A stretch of DNA of 64,000 nucleotides. Source: an uncultured Actinomycetota bacterium. GTDB lineage: Bacteria > Actinomycetota > Actinomycetes > Actinomycetales > Micrococcaceae. The DNA is taken from assembly GCA_963769515.1 (NCBI GenBank), contig CAVYMG010000015.1, positions 3,450 through 67,449 of the forward strand, read 5' to 3'. The first letter of the stretch is position 1. Each line of letters opens with the position of its first letter. Shown in pieces: positions 1 through 16,575 of this stretch. The notes beneath the pieces were generated by a model that did no database searches, had not been told where the DNA came from, and was given only the letters and a program-made list of their open reading frames with translations. The position numbers and the translations under genes are program-made.

Positions 1-1
1 A

Positions 2-3145
<3,144 letters not shown>

Positions 3146-3171
3146 GGTAGTGCATAGCTAGATAATCCGGG

Positions 3172-3219
3172 CAAAAAACGCCCCCCAGGGTGATGGACCA
3201 TCGCGCTGGGGGGCTTTTT
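3172..3219 (+). terminator. Intrinsic terminator, possibly bidirectional
   Basis: A-tract, GCCCCCCAG...CTGGGGGGC stem with an inner GATGG/CCATC stem, then TTTTT, just after the GH2 stop. Confidence 0.8.
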
Positions 3220-3270
3220 CGCCCGTAATTCCGGGGTTGTTGGGGTGTGGTGGCGGGTGGTGGGGTGGAT

Positions 3271-3299
3271 TTGCGTTGGGGGTGGGGGGTGGGTATTGT
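3271..3299 (+). promoter_or_regulatory. rrn promoter P1, sigmaA-type
   Basis: TTGCGT (3271-3276), 17 bp spacer, TATTGT (3294-3299). Confidence 0.6.
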
Positions 3300-3443
3300 T
3301 GTTCGAGTCGCCGCCGCTGATGCGGATTGATGGCGGCGGACCCCCCTTTTTTGATGGATGGCCTGGAAGATGGCGTGCTTTTGGTGCGCTGGTTTTCGGG
3401 TGGGGGCTTGATGGTCGGTGCGGGTGGCTGCGGGAACGCGGGT

Positions 3444-3472
3444 TTGCTTTGTGGCCGGGTGTCGGGTAAGTT
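3444..3472 (+). promoter_or_regulatory. rrn promoter P2, sigmaA-type
   Basis: TTGCTT (3444-3449), 17 bp spacer, TAAGTT (3467-3472). Confidence 0.65.
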
Positions 3473-3530
3473 TGTCAGGTTGCTCCGGAGCGATCCATGA
3501 CTGTGTGTTGTGGTGGTGCCGGGTGTGTCT

Positions 3531-3548
3531 GTTGTTTGAGAACTCAAT
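3531..3548 (+). promoter_or_regulatory. BoxA-like antitermination/processing motif of the rrn leader
   Basis: GTTGTTTGAGAACT occurs here and again in the 16S-23S spacer near 5588-5602. Confidence 0.55.
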
Positions 3549-3710
3549 AGTGTGCCAAGTTTGTTGATACCAATTTATTATGGATTGGTTGTTTTGCCGT
3601 GTCGTGCCGCCCCTGTGGTGTGTCGCGGTTTTTACAGCCGGTTTCAAATTTTGTGCAGTGTGCGTGTCCCGTTTTCCCGGGGGCGTGTGCTGTGTCTGTT
3701 TTTGTTTTAC

Positions 3711-5244
<1,534 letters not shown>

Positions 5245-5738
5245 AGCACCTACAGCAACCCTGCCGGGCGTTTATGTCCGTGTGGTGGTGTTGTCAGGAG
5301 TACGCCCGTTGCGCAGACGCAAGTTCTGCGGCGGGTGCTCACGGGTGGAATATCAACGAATAGCGGCCGCAGGTGTTTTCTCCTTGCCCAGTACGGTTCC
5401 CTCTTCGGGGGGGTCCTGGAACGGTGCGGGGCGGATGTCCGCGGTTTAGTGTTTGGCACACTGTTGGGTCCTGAGGCAACAGGACCGGGGGAGGGGGCGT
5501 GAGTCTTCTGTTCCGGGTCGTGTTTGTTTCTGGTTTCCTGGCTGCACCGAGTGCGCACGTGTGTGTGTGGGGTGTGTGGTACGGGGTTGTTGTTTGAGAA
5601 CTACATAGTGGACGCGAGCATCTTTTATAAGAAGCAATTTCCAAGAATATGAACCTGGATCTGTCCCGGGCGCCTTTCGGGGTGTGCGGGGTGGTTTTCG
5701 TGGTTCTCTCGAGAATGAGCGTTTTATTGATCTTTTGT

Positions 5739-8883
<3,145 letters not shown>

Positions 8884-9123
8884 ACACACCCCCTTCCGTG
8901 AACGGATTCAAAAGACGTTCACACCAGGAAGAGGGTAAAGATAACAAGATACGCTTGCGTCCACTATGTGGTTCCCAACCAACAAACCCGCCACGGGTTC
9001 GTTGCCTGGTGAACCAAAAAACTGAAAAACAACACCACCCTGCCCCGCAACGGGCAGAGAACATGTTGTAACCACAGACTACCCACCCCCGGAACAACAC
9101 CCCGGAGGGTACGGGTCACAAGG

Positions 9124-9240
9124 TTACGGCGGTCACAGCGTGGGGGAAACGCCCGGTCCCATCCCGAACCCGGAAGCTAAGACCCACAGCGCCGATGGTA
9201 CTGCACCCGGGAGGGTGTGGGAGAGTAGGACGCCGCCGGA
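9124..9240 (+). rRNA. rrf: 5S ribosomal RNA
   Basis: CCCATCCCGAACCCGGAAGCTAAG and GCCGATGGTACTG motifs; ~117 nt. Confidence 0.97.
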
Positions 9241-9255
9241 CACCCATTAACGGTC

Positions 9256-9292
9256 GAGGACCCCCACCACGGTGGGGGTCCTCCCGCATTTA
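9256..9292 (+). terminator. rrn operon terminator
   Basis: GAGGACCCCCACC / GGTGGGGGTCCTC hairpin just after 5S. Confidence 0.75.
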
Positions 9293-9708
9293 ACCCCCCC
9301 ACCACCCCCCAAAAAACCCACCCCCACGCCCCAAAACACCCGCCGCAGCCACCCGCCCGGAGAACCACCGACCGGCCCTGCGGGGGCATTTCCCCGCGGT
9401 GGGCACGCCGCACCGGGCAGACGCCGGCCACGGCGCAGGACACGCACAGCGGCCGCGCAGGAGGCCGCAGGTTGTGCGTGAGGGCCGGTGCCCGCGACGC
9501 ATGAACCGAGGCAGCGGCCGAGCCAGCGTCCGCTGTCGGCGAAATTTGGACCCTGAAAGCCCCCAAATCCCGTGATATTGGCCAAAAAAGACCGAAAACA
9601 CGCGGAATTTGCGGCCTCGGCGGCAGCAAGCTGGTAAGTTTTCGAACAGTGGTTTGCGCGCATGCCGTGTGCAGGCTCCAGAAATCATGACCGTCCAGGA
9701 GGACATAA

Positions 9709-9996
9709 ATGGCTAAGAACCGTAGTGAACTTGTTGCTGAGGTAGCTGGCAAGGCTGGCACCAGCCAGGCAGCAGTCAACTCCGTGCTCGACGCACTGTT
9801 CGAGGTTTTCGAGACCTCTGTCGCCGCGGGCGAAAAGATCACCATCCCGGGCTGGCTCGCCGTCGAGCGTACCGACCGTGCAGCCCGCACCGGCCGCAAC
9901 CCGCAGACCGGTGAGACCATCCAGATCGCCGCCGGCCACAGCGTCAAGCTGACCGCAGGCTCCAAGCTGAAGGCTGCAGTCTCCACGAAGAAGTAA
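9709..9996 (+). CDS. hup: HU family DNA-binding protein
   Basis: 95 aa; NRSELVAEVA and ARTGRNPQTGETIQI signature; AGGAGG RBS. Confidence 0.95.
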   Translation: MAKNRSELVAEVAGKAGTSQAAVNSVLDALFEVFETSVAAGEKITIPGWLAVERTDRAARTGRNPQTGETIQIAAGHSVKLTAGSKLKAAVSTKK

Positions 9997-10012
9997 TTCA
10001 CTTCGCAGACTT

Positions 10013-10053
10013 GAATGGAGCGCCGACCAAAGGGTCGGCGCTCCATTCGCTTT
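10013..10053 (+). terminator. Intrinsic terminator of hup
   Basis: Perfect 16-bp stem GAATGGAGCGCCGACC / GGTCGGCGCTCCATTC followed by GCTTT. Confidence 0.85.
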
Positions 10054-10106
10054 AAGCGCTTCACAGCGTCGGGCCGGCCAGCCGGTCAGGTGCCCGGCGG
10101 ATCGGA

Positions 10107-12339
10107 TTGTTCAACCGCGTTCGACGATTCGCGGGGCGGGCGGGCGTAGCGGACAATGGAGTTGTGCCTCCTGCAGTGAATTCACAGCCCAATGCCCCTG
10201 CCCCCCCAGGGGCAGCCCGCGGCGCCGCGGCCGGCCCGGGCGGAGTCTCTGGCCCGTGGCAAATCGCCGGCCTCGCTGCACTCATCATCGGCCTCGCTGC
10301 CGCACTCATTTTCTCCGGCGCTGCAGCCGCCCGGGAGGTCTCCGACCCCGGCGCCCTGGTCCGCTGGGGACTTCCGCTCAGCAAGGCACTTCACAACGTC
10401 GCCCTGGCCACCGTGATTGGCGGCCTGGTCTTCGCCGTCGGGATCCTTCCGCGGACGACGAGCGGCTCAAGGTCCAAGGACCGGGACAAACCGGAGCATC
10501 CTGCCTTCACGCGCACGTTGGCCATTGCCGCCGCAGCCGGAGCCGTCTGGACTCTCACCGCGATCGCGGTACTGGTGCTCGGCTACGCCGATATTGCGGG
10601 GCAGGGCGTTTCCGGTGATGAGCAGTTCACCCGGTCCCTGCTCTACTACATGACAGGCCTTGAAACGGGCCGGGCCTGGCTGGCCGTCATCGTGATCGCC
10701 GCGGTGGTCACAACTGCTCTCTTCGGCGTGCGTTCCCTCGGGGCCCTCGCCGGCACCCTGCTCCTGGCTCTGATCGGGCTGGTGCCCGCGGCGCTGATCG
10801 GGCACTCCTCGAGTTCAAGTGACCATGAAGGCGCCATCAACTCCCTCGGACTGCACCTCGTGGGCGTCTCGGCCTGGGTGGGCGGCATCATCATGCTCGC
10901 CTTGCTTTCGGGTATCCTCGGCGGCGTGCGCGCCGGTGCGGGACCGTCCGGCGCAGTCCGCGGCAGGACCCCTGCGGCGGACATCACAGAGCCGACGCTT
11001 CGCCGCTTTTCCACCCTCGCTGGCTTTGCGTTCGCCCTCGTTTTTGCGTCCGGAGTCATCAACGCCAGTATCCGCATCACCAGCTGGGGAGACCTGTTCG
11101 GCTCGGCCTATGGCCAGCTGATCATCGCGAAGACCGTGGCCACCTTCGTGCTGGGGTGCATCGGCCTGATGCACCGCCAGTGGATTATCCCGCAGCTCGG
11201 CGACAGGGGCATCGGCAAGTCAGCCACGCCGGGTTCTCTGGCAGCTGGTGCTGGCGGAACTGCTGATCATGGGCGCGACGTCGGGGATCGCAGTGGGGCT
11301 GGGCCGCTCGGCGCCGCCGCTACCCACCACGTTCGCCCCCGATGCGACTCCCGCCTTCATTCTTTCCGGATACGACCTGCCGCCCGAGCTCACACCCGAG
11401 CGCTGGCTCACGGAATGGCGCTTCGACTGGCTCTGGATCGCCGTCGCCGCCTTCGGCCTGGTGGCCTACGTCGCGGGTGTACTGAAGCTGCACCGGCGTG
11501 GTGACTCCTGGTCCTGGTTCCGGTTGACCAACTGGGTGATCGGTCTGCTGGCACTGACCTACATCACCTCGGGCGCCCCCTCGGTCTACGGCCGGGTCCT
11601 CTTCTCCGTGCACATGATCGACCACATGGCGCTGACCATGGTCGCCCCCATCTTCCTGGTGCTTGGCGCCCCGGTCACCCTCGCGCTCCGGGCGCTGGCA
11701 CCCCGCCGGGACAGTTCCCGGGGCCCCCGCGAATGGCTGCTCATCTTCGTGCATTCGAAGTTCTCCCAGCTCGTGACTCACCCGCTGTTCGCGGCCGCCA
11801 ACTTCGCCGGTTCCATTGTGCTCTTCTACTACTCGGATGCCTTCGGTTTCGCCATGCGGGACCACGTGGGCCACGAACTGATGAACCTGCACTTCGCCCT
11901 GACCGGCTACATTTTTGTGCTGACCATGATCGGGACCGATCCGCTGCCACGCCGGGCGCCGTACCCCATGCGGCTTCTCCTGCTGCTGGCCACAATGGGC
12001 TTCCATGCGTTCTTCGGCGTCGCCATCATGGGCGGCACGGGACTGCTGGCCGCCGACTACTTCGGTAACCTGGGCCGGACCTGGGGCGCTTCAGCCCTCC
12101 TTGACCAGCAACTGGGCGGCGCCGTGGCCTGGGGCGTCGGCGAGGTGCCCACCTTACTCGTGGCGATCGGCGTTGCCATCCAGTGGTCCCGCTCGGACGA
12201 ACGAGAGTCCAAGCGCACGGACCGGGCGGCGGACCGGAATAACGACGCCGATCTCACTGCTTACAACGATATGTTTGCCAAGCTGGCCGAACGCGACGCC
12301 AAGCTGGCCGAACGAAACTCACATCTGGAAGGACGCTGA
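10107..12339 (+). pseudogene. CopD + Caa3_CtaG-type copper/cytochrome c oxidase assembly membrane protein, split by a +1 frameshift near 11226 (real or sequencing error); start may be GTG 10164
   Basis: ORF 10107-11504 has CopD-like helices (GHS, HLVGVSAWVGG, RRFSTLA). ORF 11248-12339 has CtaG-like motifs (HMIDHM, HELMNLHF, HAFFG, DQQLGG). Removing A11226 joins them as ...GKSARRVLWQLVLAELL... Confidence 0.75.
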
Positions 12340-14297
12340 TGACTGAAACCGTGCGCACCCACCTACGGGTCCGGGCCTCCGAACTCGTGGGCCGGGGCTG
12401 GTTGAACACCGGCGGCAAATCCCTGGACCTGGAATCACTGCGCGGCAAGATCGTGCTGCTGGATTTCTGGACCTTCTGCTGCATCAACTGCCTGCATGTC
12501 CTGGACGAACTCCGTCCGCTGGAGCAGCAGTACGCCGATGTCCTGGTGACCGTCGGCGTGCACTCACCCAAATTCGAGCACGAGGCCGACCCCGTCGCGC
12601 TGGCGGCGGCCGTGGAGCGCTACGAGATCCACCACCCCGTCCTGGATGACCCGGAACTGGACACCTGGAAGGCCTACACGGCCCGTGCCTGGCCGACGCT
12701 CGTCGTGATCGATCCCGAAGGCTACATCGTGGCCCACCTGTCCGGTGAAGGCCACGCAGACGGCCTGGCCGTACTCATCCCCGAACTGATCGCCGAGCAC
12801 GAAGCCAAGGGCACACTGCACCGCGGCGACGGCCCCTACGTGGCCCCGGAGCCGACGTCGGGGACCCTGCGCTTCCCGGGCAAGGCCCTGTACCTCCCCG
12901 CCGGGCGGGGGGCTTCCGGAACAGAAGCCGGGTCCTGGCTCGTCACCGACACCGGCCACCACCGGCTGGTGGAACTGGCCACTGACTTCGAGACGGTCCT
13001 GGGCACCTTCGGGTCGGGCGAAAAGGGCTACGCGGACGGTCCGCCCGGGTCCGCCCGGCTCAACGAACCGCAGGGCCTGGTGCTGCTGCCCGCGGACGTG
13101 GCCGAAAAGACCGGGTACGACGTCGTGATCGCCGACTCCGTCAACCACCGGCTCCGCGGGCTCTCGCTGGCCGACGGGACTCTCACCACACTCGCCGGCA
13201 ACGGTGTCCAGCGCCTGCTCGAAACCGGACCGGCCCGCGTTGACGAGGAAGGCGCCGCCTTCGGGACCGCGCTCGAAGCCGATCCGCTCACAGTCTCGCT
13301 CAGCTCCCCCTGGGACGTCGTGTGGTCGTCCCGGCTCAAGGCCGTCGTCGTGGCGATGGCCGGCGTGCACCAGATCTTCAGCTTCGACCCCCTCACCGGG
13401 GCCGTGGCGATCATCGCCGGCAACGGGCTCGAAGGGCTCCTGGACGGCCCCGCCGCCGAGGCGTGGTTCGCCCAACCGTCCGGTCTCGCCGAGGACGCGG
13501 AGGGCAACGTCTGGGTGGCCGACTCGGAAACCTCCGCGCTGCGCAAACTCGTGATCGACGCGGACGGCAGCATCGCCGTCGAATCCGCCGTCGGCAAGGG
13601 ACTCTTCGACTTCGGCTTCCGCGACGGTGCCGCCGCCGACGCCCGGCTGCAGCACCCGCTCGGCGTCACGGTCCTGCCCGACGGCTCCGTCGCAGTTGCT
13701 GACACCTACAACGGGGCGGTGCGCCGCTACGATCCCGCGACCGGAACTGTCTCCACCCTTGCCCGCGGCCTCTCGGAGCCGTCCGACGTCATTGTGGACC
13801 ACACCCAGGTGGCCGGGACGGAGCCCCTGCTGGTAGTCGTTGAAGCCAACAAACACCAGCTGATCTACGTTCCCATCCCCAAGGAAGCGCAGCAGATTGA
13901 CGAGGGCGCGGCCCAGACCCAACGGCCCAAGAGCCCGGTTGCCCCCGGGAACCTGGAGCTGTCCGTGCGGTTCACGGCGCCGACCGGCCAAAAGCTCGAT
14001 GACCGCTGGGGCGACCCGACCCAGCTCAAGATCTCGTCCACGCCCCCGGAGCTGCTGCTGTCCGGCGGCGGAACCTCGGTCGGACTGCTCCGCACGCTGG
14101 AACTCTCCGCGGACGTTCCCGAGGGGGTCCTGCACATCACGGCCCGGGCGGCAGCCTGCGACGGTCCCGAAGACGCCGACGGGGAGATCCCGGACCACGC
14201 GGCCTGCCACCTGTACCAGCAGGATTGGGGCATCCCGGTGCTGCTGGACGCGGACGGGGATACCGAACTCGTACTTGACCTGCGCGGCATGGACTAG
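12339..14297 (+). CDS. Thioredoxin-like + NHL-repeat protein (NHLRC2/SOQ1-like architecture)
   Basis: DFWTFCCINC redox motif, VHSPKFEHE, NHL repeats (FAQPSG, LQHPLG), C-terminal domain with two Cys; TGATG overlap with upstream stop. Confidence 0.85.
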   Translation: MTETVRTHLRVRASELVGRGWLNTGGKSLDLESLRGKIVLLDFWTFCCINCLHVLDELRPLEQQYADVLVTVGVHSPKFEHEADPVALAAAVERYEIHHPVLDDPELDTWKAYTARAWPTLVVIDPEGYIVAHLSGEGHADGLAVLIPELIAEHEAKGTLHRGDGPYVAPEPTSGTLRFPGKALYLPAGRGASGTEAGSWLVTDTGHHRLVELATDFETVLGTFGSGEKGYADGPPGSARLNEPQGLVLLPADVAEKTGYDVVIADSVNHRLRGLSLADGTLTTLAGNGVQRLLETGPARVDEEGAAFGTALEADPLTVSLSSPWDVVWSSRLKAVVVAMAGVHQIFSFDPLTGAVAIIAGNGLEGLLDGPAAEAWFAQPSGLAEDAEGNVWVADSETSALRKLVIDADGSIAVESAVGKGLFDFGFRDGAAADARLQHPLGVTVLPDGSVAVADTYNGAVRRYDPATGTVSTLARGLSEPSDVIVDHTQVAGTEPLLVVVEANKHQLIYVPIPKEAQQIDEGAAQTQRPKSPVAPGNLELSVRFTAPTGQKLDDRWGDPTQLKISSTPPELLLSGGGTSVGLLRTLELSADVPEGVLHITARAAACDGPEDADGEIPDHAACHLYQQDWGIPVLLDADGDTELVLDLRGMD

Positions 14298-14335
14298 ACC
14301 CACCCGGTCTAGCCGGCCCCTGCTATGCCGGGCCG

Positions 14336-14377
14336 AAGGCTGCCACTGTTGACCTGCGTCACCGGTGGCAGCCTTTT
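14336..14377 (+). terminator. Intrinsic terminator
   Basis: AAGGCTGCCAC...GTGGCAGCCTTTT. Confidence 0.7.
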
Positions 14378-14459
14378 GCGTATCCGGGACGACGGACCCG
14401 CGGAATGCCGTGGTTTCCGGCGCGGATACCGGATAAGAACGTGCCGTGCGTGACGGGCA

Positions 14460-15368
14460 GTGTCCACATGGGCAATGCAGGACCCGCCACGGGCCTGCCG
14501 CGGACGTCACCGTGGACACATGGATATTCACGAGGCACTCGTCCGCTGCGGCGGAGCGGCCCGCCGGCCGACCCTGGCCGGACTGGGGGTCGACGACGCA
14601 GCCCTGCGCCGCGCGGTCCGGTCTGGCGTCCTGCAGCCAGAACGCGGCCTGTATGCGCTTCCGTCCGCGGCGGGTTCCATGGTGGAGCTGTTACGCCACC
14701 GTTGCCTCCTCACCTGCGTCAGTGCGGCCCCGTTCTATTCGCTGTGGGCCCTGGAGCGGCCCGCCGTGTGCCATGTCCACCACAGGCGGGGCGACGCCTT
14801 CGACGGCGCGGTCCAGCATGGCGGGCTGCTGCTTCCACCGCACAGCCTTCGACCGGTTGCTGCACTCGGCGACGTCCTGATCCACGCCATGCGCTGCCTG
14901 CCGCTCCACGACTCCCTGGTCATGGTCGAATGCGCAGTGGCGAGAGGGGACATCACAGCCGGATTCCTGCGTGAGCGGCTCCCGGGGCGGAGGAACGGCA
15001 AAGCCAGGGAAGTGCTCAGCTGGCTGGACCGCGGCGCCGATTCGATGCTTGAGACGCTGGCAAGGACACGGTTCCGGCTAGCTGGCATCCAGGTGGAGAC
15101 ACAGTTCTACATCGACGGCGTGGGTTACGTCGATCTGCTCCTTGACGGCTGGCTGGTTGTCGAGCTGGACGGGCGGCATCACGGCGAATGGGCGCAGGTG
15201 AAGAAGGACCAGCGGCGGAACAACAGGTCGGTAATAGCGGGCTATACGGTCCTGCGGTACTACTACGCCGACGTCGTCCACGGGTACGAGCGGATGGTGG
15301 CGGAGGTACTGGCGGTGCTGGGGGCCCGGGCACGCCCGGTGTCCGCGTCACGCAGTGCGAAGTACTGA
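14460..15368 (+). CDS. DUF559 / Vsr-like endonuclease-domain protein with AbiEi-like N-terminus (start probably 14520)
   Basis: DSMLETLARTRF, QFYIDGVGYVDLL, VVELDGRHH...KDQRRNN. Confidence 0.75.
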   Translation: MSTWAMQDPPRACRGRHRGHMDIHEALVRCGGAARRPTLAGLGVDDAALRRAVRSGVLQPERGLYALPSAAGSMVELLRHRCLLTCVSAAPFYSLWALERPAVCHVHHRRGDAFDGAVQHGGLLLPPHSLRPVAALGDVLIHAMRCLPLHDSLVMVECAVARGDITAGFLRERLPGRRNGKAREVLSWLDRGADSMLETLARTRFRLAGIQVETQFYIDGVGYVDLLLDGWLVVELDGRHHGEWAQVKKDQRRNNRSVIAGYTVLRYYYADVVHGYERMVAEVLAVLGARARPVSASRSAKY

Positions 15369-15471
15369 GAGTCCAAGGTGCGTCCGGACCCGGACGGACG
15401 CGGACTCGGCCGTGGTCTCGTGCCAAAAAGTTGCCCGGTGTGATACGGGGCGCCGGAGGAGTGCCGGCGGC

Positions 15472-16470
15472 TCAGAAATTCAGGAGGGGCGTGACCTTGA
15501 CGCTGTCTGCCCCGACGTCGAGGCGTGTGGTGAAACTGAATTCGTGGACTTCGTTCAGGTCCGTGACGATTCCGCTGAACAAGTCCACCTGCCGGGCCTG
15601 AATCCGGGCCTTCCCGTCCAGCGGGGCCACCACCCAGCGGCCGCCGAAGGGCTCGATCTTGACCGCCGGATATTCGCTGATGCTCCAGTCAATGGTTCCG
15701 TCGAGCACGCGGTTGTAGGTGACGTGATAGAACGGGCAGTCAGGCTGGAGTCGTTGTTGTTTATCGGCCTGATCCGCGCAGGAGTCCAGGAACTCGTTGA
15801 CCTTGGCGCTGACGGCTTCCTTCAGGCCGTCCGTCGCATGGGTCAGGAGGTTCAGCGCTGGCGGCGGGGTGTCCCGGCCTGACAACGTGGTCCGCGTGGG
15901 TGCGGCCGCAAAGTATCGTCCACTTAGCGAGGCCTCGTATTCGCCAGGGTAGAAGACGGCGAAGGAGTTGCGGCCGTTGGGCATGTTCACCGGGACGCCG
16001 TTCAATGAAGCCTCATTGGAGTTCACCACCGTGACGTCCAGGACGGGGAGCGAGGACGGGACGAAGGACCATTTACTGAAGAAAAGCCACCGGGTCCCGG
16101 TGCGTTCCAGCAGAAATTCGGTGCGTAGTTCGTTGTCGTTGATGGTGTACTCCATGGGCACCATCACCTGGTTCCCGCTGCGGGGCTCGGCAGCACCAAA
16201 TTTGGGGTCGCTGATACGGGCAGCCGCTGTCTGCAGGGCGCTTCCGTCCAGCATCGCCGCGTTGCTCTGCGGTACCGAGGCGTTCAGCAGGCCAAGAGCC
16301 TTGCCCCCTTCGCCTTTCTGCAGGGCTGCGAGGTACTCGCGGACGGGCTGCTGCGGGCCGGCAACGGACGTATTGACCAAGTAGATCGAAAAAACGGCCG
16401 CGGTCACAGCAAGCATCAGGCCGAGCAGCCACATGGCCGCCAGCCTGATCAACCCCTGACTCAATTGCAC
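15472..16470 (-). CDS. Hypothetical membrane-anchored protein
   Basis: 332 aa, N-terminal hydrophobic helix, then an NTF2-like looking segment (VREYLAALQKG); TAACGT 7 nt before the GTG. Confidence 0.7.
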   Translation of the reverse strand: MQLSQGLIRLAAMWLLGLMLAVTAAVFSIYLVNTSVAGPQQPVREYLAALQKGEGGKALGLLNASVPQSNAAMLDGSALQTAAARISDPKFGAAEPRSGNQVMVPMEYTINDNELRTEFLLERTGTRWLFFSKWSFVPSSLPVLDVTVVNSNEASLNGVPVNMPNGRNSFAVFYPGEYEASLSGRYFAAAPTRTTLSGRDTPPPALNLLTHATDGLKEAVSAKVNEFLDSCADQADKQQRLQPDCPFYHVTYNRVLDGTIDWSISEYPAVKIEPFGGRWVVAPLDGKARIQARQVDLFSGIVTDLNEVHEFSFTTRLDVGADSVKVTPLLNF

Positions 16471-16575
16471 TTACCTTACGTTACCTGCACGCCGCGCAAA
16501 GCTACGTGTCGCGGCGCCGCCCGCGCCGGGAGCGCGCCTGCCCGCGAGGCCCTCTTGGAGCCTGCGGAGAGGCAG

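Noticed and set aside
9600-9645. hup promoter TTGCGG...TAAGTT
   Set aside because: 20-bp spacing is too long to call
12564-14531. Long antisense ORFs (also 27329-28870, 39079-41463, 44036-46636, 22304-23959)
   Set aside because: Opposite clear genes; expected from stop-poor high-GC codon usage
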